Of a stretch of 64,000 nt of DNA, positions 18,783-28,038 are shown piece after piece. Below the pieces are notes generated by a model. The model made no database searches and had not been told where the DNA came from. It worked only from the letters and a program-made list of their open reading frames with translations. Where the stretch lies: positions 269,933-333,932 of the forward strand of contig JBCBZD010000002.1 in the NCBI GenBank assembly GCA_039815485.1, written 5' to 3'. How positions within the stretch are numbered: the stretch's first letter is position 1; each line of letters starts with the position of its first letter. The stretch comes from Pseudomonadota bacterium (GTDB lineage Bacteria > Pseudomonadota > Alphaproteobacteria > Caulobacterales > Hyphomonadaceae). Both the position numbers and the translations under genes were made by a program.

Positions 18783-19862
18783 TTGGGCAGCGTCACTGAT
18801 ACTCTCAAGGCACGCATTTCTGAGGGGCTGCTGTCTCACGACCCGGCTCAGTTCGGCGCGGCAGGTGCGCTCGATCAGGTTCTGGCGCAGTTACAAGCCA
18901 GTACCAAAAAGTCATGGTTCAGCCGGTCGAAGCCTGCGCGCGGGCTCTATATGTGGGGCGGTGTCGGGCGTGGAAAATCGATGCTGATGGACCTTTTCCA
19001 TGAGGTGGCCCCTGTGCCGTCCCGGCGGGTTCATTTTCATGAGTTTATGGGACGCGTGCATGAGCGTCTCGGCAGGGCGCGCGCCCGCCGCGATGTCAGC
19101 GATCCAATCCCCCCAGTGGCGAAAGAATTCGCCTCAGAGGCGAAATTGCTCTGTTTTGACGAGTTTCAGGTCACCCAGATCGCGGACGCGATGATCCTGT
19201 CGCGCCTGTTTGAGCATATGTTCGAAGACGGCGTGTGCGTGGTGGCAACATCTAACCGCCATCCGGATGATCTGTATAAGAACGGATTGAACCGCCACTT
19301 ATTCCTGCCCTTTATCGATCTTCTGAAGGGCACGTGCGATGTGTTTGAACTCGCCTCGGCGCGGGACTACCGGCTGGAGAGGCTGACCGAAGCGCCGGTC
19401 TGGTATGTTGCATCTGACCGTACAATTCTTGATCACGCATTTGACCGGCTGACGCTCGGGGCAGCGCCGCATGCCTGCGAGCTCTCGGTCCAGGGGCGCA
19501 AGGTTCCGGTGGCGCGGCAGGCGGCTGGTGTTGCCCGATTCAGCTTTGAGGAACTCTGCGCCCGCCCGCTTGGTGCGCAGGACTATCTCACCATAGCCGC
19601 GACGTTTCATACCGTCCTGCTGGACGATATTCCGACGCTCTCTCCGGCAAACCGTAACGAAGCTGCCCGCTTCGTAGCGCTGATCGACGCGCTGTATGAG
19701 GCGAAGGTCAAACTCGTCGCCAGTGCGGCGGCTGATCCTGATGACCTTTACCCCGAAGGCGATGGCAGCTTTGAGTTTCAGCGCACGGCCAGCCGCCTGC
19801 ATGAAATGCGGTCGCTTGAATACATGTCTGAAGAGCACCGTATTCCCGAGAGCGCTCAATAA
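18783..19862 (+). CDS. zapE: AFG1/ZapE family ATPase
   Basis: GGVGRGKS, CFDEFQV and RTASRLHEM motifs; TTG start. Confidence 0.92.
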   Translation: MGSVTDTLKARISEGLLSHDPAQFGAAGALDQVLAQLQASTKKSWFSRSKPARGLYMWGGVGRGKSMLMDLFHEVAPVPSRRVHFHEFMGRVHERLGRARARRDVSDPIPPVAKEFASEAKLLCFDEFQVTQIADAMILSRLFEHMFEDGVCVVATSNRHPDDLYKNGLNRHLFLPFIDLLKGTCDVFELASARDYRLERLTEAPVWYVASDRTILDHAFDRLTLGAAPHACELSVQGRKVPVARQAAGVARFSFEELCARPLGAQDYLTIAATFHTVLLDDIPTLSPANRNEAARFVALIDALYEAKVKLVASAAADPDDLYPEGDGSFEFQRTASRLHEMRSLEYMSEEHRIPESAQ

Positions 19863-19946
19863 AAAATGTGCGCCGAGGCTGAGTAAGCCCAAAAGTTGGG
19901 GGGAGGAAACTTTGGAGCAGCCCCGGCGCCACGAGTTGAGGTCGTG
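19861..19946 (-). ncRNA. Candidate sigmaE-dependent small RNA with anti-SD loops
   Basis: Own promoter, 5' hairpin CACGA-CCUCAAC-UCGUG, long hairpin with loop UCCUCCCCCC, terminal U6, no AUG ORF. Confidence 0.7.
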
Positions 19947-19952
19947 TACCCT

Positions 19953-19981
19953 ATGTACGGGACGTCTTGCGGACTGGATCA
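19953..19981 (-). promoter_or_regulatory. RpoE(ChrR)-type promoter driving the sRNA
   Basis: TGATCC-N16-CGTACAT, same spacing as the rpoH2 promoter (TGATCC-N16-CGTAAGA). Confidence 0.7.
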
Positions 19982-20068
19982 AATTATTTTTGATTGCAAC
20001 TAAATCGCCTTTCCGACGAGCCGTTGAGAGGCCATACTCAAGCTTCAGACACTCAGAGGTGAAATGGA

Positions 20069-21058
20069 ATGCAATCTGCAAATATGGCGCTTGGCGCGCT
20101 TCTTCTGATCGGTCTTACCGCCTGCAGTCAGGTTGAGTCGACGCCGTCTGAGACCCTTTACGAGCCGACGCGGTTCAGCGGCGACTATCTCCTCGATCTG
20201 GCAGAGGCGCTGAGTTCTGATGACCTGCAGGGGCGCGCGCCGGGGACTGAAGAGAGCATGCGCGCGCGCCAAATGATTATAGACCGTTTCGAAGCGCTCG
20301 GGGTTCAGCCTGTGAACGGTTCGTTTGAACATCCTTTCCTCTATGGCCCCTTCACCAATCCTGAAACGGGCGAGGACGCGGTCCCGGACAAACCCGGCAC
20401 GAATGTCATGGGCCTGATTGAGGGCAGTGGTGAGAGTGATCTGACCATGGTTCTGACCGCGCACTTTGATCATCTCGGTGTGCGCGAGGGCGAAATTTTC
20501 AACGGAATGGATGACAATGCGTCCGGCGTCACCGGCATACTAGCGGCGGCGGAATACTTTTCCGAAAACACGCCTCTGCACAATGTTCTGATCGTTGCGC
20601 TCGATGCAGAGGAAGATGGTCTCAGCGGCGCGCGGGACTTCGTCACCAATCCACCGATCCCGCTGGAGACCATCGCCTTCAATCTGAACCTTGATATGGT
20701 CTCGCGCGGCGACAATGGTCTGCTCTGGGCCTCGGGCGCCGCGCATTGGCCAGCTCTCGAGCCAATGATTGTGACGGTCGCCAGCACGGCACCGGTTGAG
20801 GTTCGCATGGGCTTTGACACTGGCGAGGGGCGCGACGACTGGACGCTCCTGTCAGATCATGGCGTCTTCTTCCGCGCTGGCATCCCGCACCTCTATCTCG
20901 GCGTGGAGGATCACCCGGATTATCACCGCCCGAGCGATGATTTCGAAAACGTCGATAAAGACTGGTACCTGCGTTCGATCGAAACGGTTGTGATGATGGC
21001 CGACGCGGCGGATGCGATCCTGGTCGAGATTGACGGCATGAAGAGCGTTGAAGAGTAG
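20069..21058 (+). CDS. M28-family metallopeptidase lipoprotein
   Basis: Lipobox LTAC; AHFDHLG, DDNASG, AEEDGL, NLDMV and YHRPSD motifs. Confidence 0.9.
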   Translation: MQSANMALGALLLIGLTACSQVESTPSETLYEPTRFSGDYLLDLAEALSSDDLQGRAPGTEESMRARQMIIDRFEALGVQPVNGSFEHPFLYGPFTNPETGEDAVPDKPGTNVMGLIEGSGESDLTMVLTAHFDHLGVREGEIFNGMDDNASGVTGILAAAEYFSENTPLHNVLIVALDAEEDGLSGARDFVTNPPIPLETIAFNLNLDMVSRGDNGLLWASGAAHWPALEPMIVTVASTAPVEVRMGFDTGEGRDDWTLLSDHGVFFRAGIPHLYLGVEDHPDYHRPSDDFENVDKDWYLRSIETVVMMADAADAILVEIDGMKSVEE

Positions 21059-21061
21059 GGC

Positions 21062-21628
21062 TTAGTCCCAGGGCCGTTTGGGCGGTGCGCGATAGGCCGG
21101 GGCCTGTTCAGCGAACAAGTCGGAGGTCCGGTCATCACCTGAGGGTCGGTTCCAGCGTTGCATCCACGGCGCGGGAGCGCAGACCTCGCCGCCCGCCTGC
21201 CACTCGAAATACCCGCGCGCGCCTTCAGCGGCGATGGGCTCAATCCCGACCGTATCGGCGACCACCAGACCGCGCATGTCAGCGCTTCGGCGAGACATCC
21301 ACGGCGAGTCCGTCTCGTCCGGGCGGATGATCGCTGTGACCGTTATAACGCCGATAATCGCGCCGCGGGTCAGCGCGTCCGGGCGCGGAACCTCACACCC
21401 AATCGCCGCAAATTTGTAGGCGGCATATTCATACTCGGCCTGCGTCATGCCCTTTGCGGCATGCAGCGCAATCCGCCCTGGCTCCATGCCGCCAGCTTTC
21501 ACAGAGAAAGCGGTTCGGTTCTCAATATCCTTCCCGCCTTCAAGCAGGGCCCAAGCCGAGGGCTGCCGCACACTCAGCGCGATATCAGGCACGGTGGTCA
21601 TGGCGTTAGACTGCGACCAATCCTTCAT
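21062..21628 (-). CDS. ASCH-domain protein
   Basis: ALSVRQPSAWALLEGGKDIENR and IALHA motifs. The start may be 21601. Confidence 0.75.
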   Translation of the reverse strand: MKDWSQSNAMTTVPDIALSVRQPSAWALLEGGKDIENRTAFSVKAGGMEPGRIALHAAKGMTQAEYEYAAYKFAAIGCEVPRPDALTRGAIIGVITVTAIIRPDETDSPWMSRRSADMRGLVVADTVGIEPIAAEGARGYFEWQAGGEVCAPAPWMQRWNRPSGDDRTSDLFAEQAPAYRAPPKRPWD

Positions 21629-21905
21629 ACAAGTCCAGCCAATCGGGATTATCTGCCTCGATTAAGTTGCGTTTCCAGTCACGCCGCCAGCGTTTGATCC
21701 GTTTCTCACGGGCGATCGCAGAATTAATGTCTGTATGCGGCTCAAACCAGACCAGAGTGCGGACATTATATTTGGATGTGAAGCCTTTTACGTAACCTTC
21801 CTTATGCTCCCAGACACGGCGCACCAGATCATTGGTCAGCCCGGTATAAAGCGTCCCGTTTCGTTTGGACGCTAGCATGTAGACGAAATACTTATGGTCT
21901 CTCAT
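21606..21905 (-). CDS. Stand-alone GIY-YIG nuclease (YhbQ/UPF0213-like)
   Basis: YFVYMLASKRNGTLYTGLTNDLVRRVWEHK and AIAREKRIKRW. Start placed at MRDHK. Confidence 0.9.
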   Translation of the reverse strand: MRDHKYFVYMLASKRNGTLYTGLTNDLVRRVWEHKEGYVKGFTSKYNVRTLVWFEPHTDINSAIAREKRIKRWRRDWKRNLIEADNPDWLDLYEGLVAV

Positions 21906-21936
21906 GGCAGGAACAATACAAGAACATAATACACTT

Positions 21937-22105
21937 GTCATCCCGGAATTTTCGCCAGAAAATATCCGGGACCCAGTGTCGTAGCCTGTGATCTCGCCAA
22001 TTCTGGGTCCCGGATAAGCTCTTCAAGCTTTCCGGGATGACAAAGAGAGGGTGTGCTGAGCTTTAACTGTCATCCCGGGCGAACGCAGTGAGACCCGGGA
22101 CCCAG
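21937..22105. repeat. Three REP-like palindromes (one inverted pair plus one monomer)
   Basis: GTCATCCCGG-N-CCGGGACCCAG at 21937-21976 (+), 22003-22041 (-) and 22069-22105 (+). Confidence 0.85.
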
Positions 22106-24388
22106 CTAATCCACACCGTCCATATAAGCAGGCAGCCAGCCCTCATTCGCCTCGCGCAGGCGGGAGAGGGGGAGGCGCACCGATCCATCTCTTTCGCTAT
22201 CGACTTGGCTAACGATTTCATCGCTGTCAAAGTTGCCAAGGGCCGTGACGCCCACTCCGGTTTTCTCCGCAATGTTCCCTACCGCGTCCATGAAAGTGGC
22301 GCTCGCGTTGACCGCTAAGAGATATCGACCCTGGTCTTCACCGAACAGGAATTCCGGCAAGGACTCTTCACCCTGAAAGCCGAACTCAAACCCTAGGTTG
22401 CTTACAAGGCTCAACTCCAAGGCCGAGCAAAGCACTCCACCATCGCTGACATCATGCACAGCGTTGACCAGCCCCTGCTCAATCAAGCTTCGAACAAAAT
22501 CCGCATTCCGCTTCTCGACTTCCAAGTCTACTGGCGGCGGCGGCCCGGCGTCTTCTCCATCAAGACCCCAGATTTCCCGCGCATAAAGCGAGGCGCCGAG
22601 ATGCCCTTTGGTCTCCCCAATCAGGATCAGAGCATCCCCCGGCTGCGCGCCCTTCAGAGTCGAGATCTTGGAGACATCCTCGATCAAGCCAACACCGCCG
22701 CAGACCGGCGTCGGCGGAATGGCGATGCCGTCGGTCTCATTATAGAGGCTGACATTGCCCGACACGACCGGGAAATCGAGCTCCCGGCACGCCTCGGCCA
22801 TGCCTTCAATCGCCTTGACGATATAGCCCATCGTCTCTGGCTTCTCCGGGTTCCCAAAATTCAGATTATCGGTGATCGCAATCGGTTTCGCGCCCACTGC
22901 AGACAAGTTGCGATAGGCCTCCGCTACGGCCTGCTTACCGCCCTCATAAGGATCAGCGGCGACGTAGCGCGGCGTGCAATCAGACGTAATCGCCAGCGCT
23001 TTATTGGTGCCGTGAATACGCACGATGGCTGCATTGCCCATACTCTGTGAGCTATCAACCGTGTCGCCCATCACATGGCGATCATACTGCTCCCAGATCC
23101 AGCGCTTGGATGCCATGTCAGGGCAAGACATGAGCTTTAAGAGCACTTCGCCATAATCTTCCGGCTCGGGATATTTGGAGATGTCCAGCGGCGCGCGCTT
23201 TGGCGGCTCGACCCAAGGCCGATCATAGTTCGGCGCATCTTCGGCGAGCGGTGCCACCGGAATATCGCAAACTGTCTCGCCGTGTTGGAGCAGCTGCAGA
23301 TGGCCGGTATCGGTTGTCTCACCAATCACTTCCGCGTCGAGATCATACTTGTCAAAAATCTGTTTCGCGAGGTCGATCTTGTCCGGGTAGAGCACCATGA
23401 GCATGCGTTCTTGCGACTCCGACAACATGATCTCATAGGCGGTCATGCCGGTCTCGCGCTGGGGCACTTTGTCCAGATCCATGCGTACGCCGATTCCTTC
23501 GCCATTCGCGCCGCCGCTATCGGCCATCTCAACCGAAGACGAGGTGAGGCCTGCCGCGCCCATATCCTGAATGGCCTGGATCGCATCGGTCGCCATCAGT
23601 TCCAAACAGGCTTCGATGAGCAGTTTCTCAGTGAACGGATCGCCGACCTGAACCGTCGGGCGTTTTTCCTCGTCGCCTTCACTAAACTCGGCGGAGGCCA
23701 TGGTCGCGCCATGAATGCCATCGCGCCCGGTCTTGGAGCCGACATAGAAGATCGGATTGCCCGGCGTCGCCCCGCGCGCATAAAAAATCTTGTCCTGATC
23801 GGCGAGGCCAACGGCCATCGCATTGACCAGAATATTGCCATTATAGCCTTTGTGGAACTCGGTCTCGCCCGCTACAGTTGGGACGCCCACACAGTTTCCA
23901 TACCCGCCAATCCCGGCAACGACACCGGCGACGAGACTACGTGTCTTCTCATGGGCAGGGTCCCCGAAACGCAGCGCATTGACCAGCGCAATTGGGCGCG
24001 CGCCCATCGTAAAAACATCGCGCAGGATGCCCCCGACGCCGGTCGCAGCGCCTTGATATGGCTCAATGTAAGACGGGTGGTTGTGGCTCTCCATTTTGAA
24101 GATTGCCGCCTGCCCGTCGCCAATATCAATCACGCCCGCATTTTCGCCAGGGCCCTGGATGACACGGTCATTCTTGGTGGGGAATTTGGACAGATGCCGA
24201 CGCGACGATTTGTACGAGCAATGCTCCGACCACATCACCGAATAGATGCCAAGCTCGACCAGATTGGGATCACGCCCAAGCCGGGTCACCAGCCGCTCCC
24301 ACTCCTCGGTATTGATGCCGTGTTCAGCGGCATCTCGCTCAGTTTGCAGGGCCTGCATGGCGGCGATGATGTCAGATGCGTTGGTCAT
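22106..24388 (-). CDS. purL: Phosphoribosylformylglycinamidine synthase subunit PurL
   Basis: [23 protein letters not shown] and DMGAAG motifs. Confidence 0.97.
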   Translation of the reverse strand: MTNASDIIAAMQALQTERDAAEHGINTEEWERLVTRLGRDPNLVELGIYSVMWSEHCSYKSSRRHLSKFPTKNDRVIQGPGENAGVIDIGDGQAAIFKMESHNHPSYIEPYQGAATGVGGILRDVFTMGARPIALVNALRFGDPAHEKTRSLVAGVVAGIGGYGNCVGVPTVAGETEFHKGYNGNILVNAMAVGLADQDKIFYARGATPGNPIFYVGSKTGRDGIHGATMASAEFSEGDEEKRPTVQVGDPFTEKLLIEACLELMATDAIQAIQDMGAAGLTSSSVEMADSGGANGEGIGVRMDLDKVPQRETGMTAYEIMLSESQERMLMVLYPDKIDLAKQIFDKYDLDAEVIGETTDTGHLQLLQHGETVCDIPVAPLAEDAPNYDRPWVEPPKRAPLDISKYPEPEDYGEVLLKLMSCPDMASKRWIWEQYDRHVMGDTVDSSQSMGNAAIVRIHGTNKALAITSDCTPRYVAADPYEGGKQAVAEAYRNLSAVGAKPIAITDNLNFGNPEKPETMGYIVKAIEGMAEACRELDFPVVSGNVSLYNETDGIAIPPTPVCGGVGLIEDVSKISTLKGAQPGDALILIGETKGHLGASLYAREIWGLDGEDAGPPPPVDLEVEKRNADFVRSLIEQGLVNAVHDVSDGGVLCSALELSLVSNLGFEFGFQGEESLPEFLFGEDQGRYLLAVNASATFMDAVGNIAEKTGVGVTALGNFDSDEIVSQVDSERDGSVRLPLSRLREANEGWLPAYMDGVD

Positions 24389-24467
24389 GTGAGGCGCTTA
24401 GCGCGGGAAAGAGGGATTCGCTAGAAAATACTGCGCGCCGACTTTTATGAACGGAAATTGCCCAGAT

Positions 24468-24476
24468 TTATCCACA
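24468..24476 (+). promoter_or_regulatory. DnaA box in the purL/hicA divergent intergenic region
   Basis: Perfect TTATCCACA; function unproven. Confidence 0.4.
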
Positions 24477-24588
24477 GGATAATTGCTAGTTGTGAACTGC
24501 TTCGAACCTAACAAGAACACAAGTAAGTCAACACTAATGTTCCACCCTAGTTTGTATATTTATTGATTTGAGCAACAAGGTTCGGAAG

Positions 24589-24777
24589 ATGAAAAGCCGT
24601 GATGTAATCAAGCTGATAGAAGCCGACGGCTGGTTGCATGTCCGAACCAGGGGAAGTCATCATCATTTCAAGCATCCCCAGAAATCTGGCATCGTGACCG
24701 TCCCTCACCCGAAGAAAGACCTGACACTGAAGACAATTCTCAGTATAGAAGCTCAAAGCGGTGTAAAACTGAGGTGA
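24589..24777 (+). CDS. hicA: HicA-family toxin (mRNA interferase)
   Basis: GW...RGSHHHFKHP...VTVPHP motif, 62 aa. Confidence 0.9.
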   Translation: MKSRDVIKLIEADGWLHVRTRGSHHHFKHPQKSGIVTVPHPKKDLTLKTILSIEAQSGVKLR

Positions 24778-24780
24778 TCC

Positions 24781-25062
24781 TTGAGCGTCTATGTCTTTCC
24801 GGCTGTGGTCCACAAAGATGGTGATACATATGGCGTTGTATTCCCAGATTTGCCCGGCTGCGTGAGTGTCGGCGACAGCCAGCAAGAGATTGCTCTTAAC
24901 GCTGCAGAAGCTCTCAGCGGACATTTGGAAGTCATGCTGGATCACGATCAGCGCATCCCTGACGCAACAGCCCTAGAAGCCATTCAACTTGACAACAGCG
25001 GCGGAGATATTGGTACGATACTGGTAACAGCTTACGCCGTTAAATCCAAAACAGCTGCTTAG
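24781..25062 (+). CDS. hicB: Short HicB-family antitoxin
   Basis: YGVVFPDLPGCVSVGD...AAEAL; TTG start; 93 aa with no C-terminal DNA-binding domain. Confidence 0.85.
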   Translation: MSVYVFPAVVHKDGDTYGVVFPDLPGCVSVGDSQQEIALNAAEALSGHLEVMLDHDQRIPDATALEAIQLDNSGGDIGTILVTAYAVKSKTAA

Positions 25063-25074
25063 CCGCTGTTTTGG
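25046..25074 (+). terminator. Hairpin spanning the hicB stop codon
   Basis: CCAAAACAGC-N9-GCTGTTTTGG, 10-bp stem. Confidence 0.4.
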
Positions 25075-25200
25075 CCTGACCAATAAGTTTTTGCGTAGTC
25101 GTCTTTGATGTCTTCGTCGACACTCGCTCTCTATCGCCAGGCTTCGGCCGGTCCGACTGCGTAAGAGCTACGCAAACGACAGGATTGTCATTTTCCGGTT

Positions 25201-25220
25201 GTAAGACACTTGCATCTTAC
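25201..25220. promoter_or_regulatory. Operator-like inverted repeat upstream of the oxidase gene
   Basis: GTAAGA-N8-TCTTAC. Confidence 0.35.
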
Positions 25221-25271
25221 GGCATGTCCCCACACGGTGCGTAGGCTGAGTGCGGATCCAAAGGAACAAGC

Positions 25272-26423
25272 ATGCGCAGACGAGATGTATTGCTTGGCGG
25301 CGCTGCCGCTTTATCGGCGACCAGCCTGTCGGGTTGCGCATCTACCACAGCGACATCTCTGGCTGCAGCGCCTATTCCGGGAAATGGCGCTATTCAACCA
25401 ATTGGCTCGCCACTGGCCCCGATCCGTTCGTCAATGGACCGGGTCACCCGCTCGATTGTCGGCCTACGCCCGTTTCGGAAAACCGGCCCTCGGCTCGAAG
25501 CGGCCACGCTTGGTGGAAAAGACATTGTCCACAATTACGGCCATGGCGGCGGCGGCGTTTCGATCTCATGGGGCATCGCTGAGATGGCGGCCTCTATGAT
25601 CAAGGCGAGTGGCCAGCCTGAGATTGCGGTGCTCGGCTCGGGTGCGATCGGGCTCTCCACGGCGCTGGAGCTGCAACGCGCGGGCTTTGAGGTCACGATC
25701 TACGCGCAGGACTTCCCGCCCTACACCACATCCAATATTGCAGGCGCGATGTGGCATCCGGTGACGCTATTTGAACGCGATCTGATCTCGCCTGAAACGC
25801 TGTCCATGCTGCACAAGGCGTCGCGCATCGCATTCTATCGCTTTGTCCATTACGCCAACGATCCGCGCTATGGGGTCTACTGGATCCGCCAGCATTCGCT
25901 CAGCAGCACGCCGATGAGCACGCTATATCCCTATATGGGCGGCGATGACCTCTATCCGGGTCTGGTGCGTAACCAGCAGGGCGATGGCCCGTTCGGGGCG
26001 CCGTATTGGGATGGCTATTATACCCTGATGATCGACCCCGACATTTACTTGCGCGCGCTTGTGAATGATTTCATGGGGGCTGGCGGACGCATGGTTGAGA
26101 CGTCTTTTGAGGCCAAAGCGGACGTGACTGCGTTGCCACAAGATGCAATCGTCAACTGCCTTGGGCTCGGCGCGCGCGGTGTATTTGGCGACGAAGACCT
26201 GATCCCGGCGCGCGGTCAGCTAAGTTTCTTGCTGCCGCAATCCGATATTGACTATGGCTATGCAGGCGGCTTCGGCGGGCATGGCTTGCTCTACTCTTTT
26301 CCAAGAAAAGGCGGGATCGTGCTTGGCGGCTCTGTTGGTAAGGGCAATTGGGACACCGAGGTTGACCAAAGCGAAGTCGAGCGAATGGTCAAAGGCCACG
26401 CCATGCTTGCGACACGGGTTTAG
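25272..26423 (+). CDS. FAD-dependent D-amino-acid-oxidase family protein, Tat-exported lipoprotein, circularly permuted
   Basis: MRRRDVLL...LSGC signal. GLRP and HNYGHGGGG precede the GSGAIG Rossmann motif. Confidence 0.85.
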   Translation: MRRRDVLLGGAAALSATSLSGCASTTATSLAAAPIPGNGAIQPIGSPLAPIRSSMDRVTRSIVGLRPFRKTGPRLEAATLGGKDIVHNYGHGGGGVSISWGIAEMAASMIKASGQPEIAVLGSGAIGLSTALELQRAGFEVTIYAQDFPPYTTSNIAGAMWHPVTLFERDLISPETLSMLHKASRIAFYRFVHYANDPRYGVYWIRQHSLSSTPMSTLYPYMGGDDLYPGLVRNQQGDGPFGAPYWDGYYTLMIDPDIYLRALVNDFMGAGGRMVETSFEAKADVTALPQDAIVNCLGLGARGVFGDEDLIPARGQLSFLLPQSDIDYGYAGGFGGHGLLYSFPRKGGIVLGGSVGKGNWDTEVDQSEVERMVKGHAMLATRV

Positions 26424-26572
26424 ATCGCTCTGAGATCAATGTAATAAGTCAAGTTAAAATACTCGTCTAAATATTATTTATGATTTTAAATAAATAATCT
26501 GTATTTATCGCGGAATAGAGATCTATGTTAAATAGAAAGCGCTGGGGAATTTTAATCATAAGGATCGGAATT

Positions 26573-26899
26573 ATGAAAAAATTGTCTTTGCTTACAGCCG
26601 GGTGCTTGCTTTTGACTGTGGGAGCAGTCGCCAGCCCAGCACCGACAGACACGTTCGAGGCGGACGAGGCCGCTACATTGTCAGAGACCCTGACGGAGCT
26701 TGGCTATGCTGACATTGCTGCTGAGAACATGTTTGACCGGGAAGCGCTTATCACACCGGCCGTTGAGGGAGCCGATACGGTGATGAAGCTTCAACGCGTT
26801 GATGGAATCCCGGGTAATTGCAACATTGTTTGGCCTGACCCCTGCGTCATGGTATGCACGCCCGGAGGGCTTCAACTCTGCGAGGACCCTGACGGTTGA
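26573..26899 (+). CDS. Small secreted protein with a Cys-rich C-terminus, function unknown
   Basis: AAGGA before ATG 26573, Sec signal MKKLSLLTAGCLLLTVGAVA, four Cys in the last 26 aa. Confidence 0.6.
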   Translation: MKKLSLLTAGCLLLTVGAVASPAPTDTFEADEAATLSETLTELGYADIAAENMFDREALITPAVEGADTVMKLQRVDGIPGNCNIVWPDPCVMVCTPGGLQLCEDPDG

Positions 26900-26934
26900 T
26901 CTTCCAACTGGATCGGAGTGTTTGATCAATCAAA

Positions 26935-27597
26935 TTAGGCGGCGCTGATGAGGCTCTCAAACATAGGGAGCCCGTCAGTGCCGCCTTCATGACCACCAAT
27001 CGCGCGTTCGGGATGCGGCATCATCCCCAGTACTCGGCCATTCTCGCTGACAATCCCGGCAATATCGCGCGAGGCGCCATTCGGATTGCCGACATACCGG
27101 AAGACGACGCGGCCCTCACGCTCGAGCTGATCCAGCGTCTCTTCGTCGGCGACATAATTGCCATCATGATGAGCAATTGGAATGGAAATTTCAGGCGTTC
27201 CGGCATAGGCGCTGGTGAAAGACGTATTGGCATTTTCCACTTTTAGCGCCTGCGGCTTGCAGACAAACTCCAGGCCGGCATTGCGGATCAGCGCGCCAGG
27301 CAACAGCCCGGTCTCGCACAGGATCTGAAACCCGTTACAAACGCCAAGGACATATCCGCCGCGCGCGGCATGGTCCTGCAATTGCGCAATTACGGGTGAA
27401 TTCCCGGCAATCGCACCGCAGCGCAAATAGTCACCATAGGAAAACCCACCCGGCACCATGACGAGGTCTGTCCCCTCCGGGATGGTGCCATCCTTGTGCC
27501 AGACCATGGCAGGTTCGCTGCCTGTTGCCTGACGCAAAGCGACCTGGGCGTCGCGGTCACAATTAGAGCCGGGGAAAACGATAATAGCGGTTTTCAT
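26935..27597 (-). CDS. purQ: FGAM synthase glutaminase subunit PurQ
   Basis: [24 protein letters not shown] and MPHPER motifs. Confidence 0.97.
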   Translation of the reverse strand: MKTAIIVFPGSNCDRDAQVALRQATGSEPAMVWHKDGTIPEGTDLVMVPGGFSYGDYLRCGAIAGNSPVIAQLQDHAARGGYVLGVCNGFQILCETGLLPGALIRNAGLEFVCKPQALKVENANTSFTSAYAGTPEISIPIAHHDGNYVADEETLDQLEREGRVVFRYVGNPNGASRDIAGIVSENGRVLGMMPHPERAIGGHEGGTDGLPMFESLISAA

Positions 27598-27705
27598 GTT
27601 CGATCCTTTGCTGGCCCCCTTTAGCAGGGAGTCGCGGTAAAGGGGAATACACTTGTGTGGATGTCTGCGCGGTGGGATACAGACAGATGACATCAGGAGG
27701 CGGAC

Positions 27706-27975
27706 ATGCGCTCAACACTTCTTATCGTCATGCTGCTGGGCAGCGTTTCAGCCTGCGCAACGGTTGACGGCGTCGGCCGCGATATTCAGGCGCTAGGCGG
27801 CGGGGTCTCACATCTTGCCAATGAGGCGCGCGACGAACTCTTCGCCTCTGCCTCCACATCCAGATATCGGGCTGAGGCGGGTCAGGCCTGTGACCCGTAT
27901 GCTGACGAATTGTCAGGCGGCAGCCTGCCGCCATGCCGCACACCTGCGCCGCCGCCCACACCCAGACAGAACTAA
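27706..27975 (+). CDS. Entericidin-like lipoprotein with C-terminal extension
   Basis: AGGAGG RBS; lipobox VSAC followed by [11 protein letters not shown]. Confidence 0.7.
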   Translation: MRSTLLIVMLLGSVSACATVDGVGRDIQALGGGVSHLANEARDELFASASTSRYRAEAGQACDPYADELSGGSLPPCRTPAPPPTPRQN

Positions 27976-28038
27976 CCTCATGGCTTGTCAGCACGCCGTG
28001 CAAGCCCCATCTTGTGCCCCACTTAAGGAGACACACCT

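Noticed and set aside
19299-20081. 260-aa minus-strand ORF crossing the sRNA locus
   Set aside because: Mostly antisense to zapE, no RBS or motif; the promoter, hairpins and U-tract explain the intergenic part better.
21937-22105. CRISPR array or IS terminal repeats
   Set aside because: Repeats alternate in orientation, have variable cores, lack uniform spacers, and no cas or transposase gene is present.
23282-24424. 380-aa plus-strand ORF
   Set aside because: Antisense shadow of purL; no motifs; expected in high-GC coding DNA.
25060-25135. Minus-strand fragment reading ...VDEDIKDDYAKTYWSGQNSG*
   Set aside because: Protein-like, but there is an in-frame TAG just upstream and no start; a possible gene remnant that I cannot assign.
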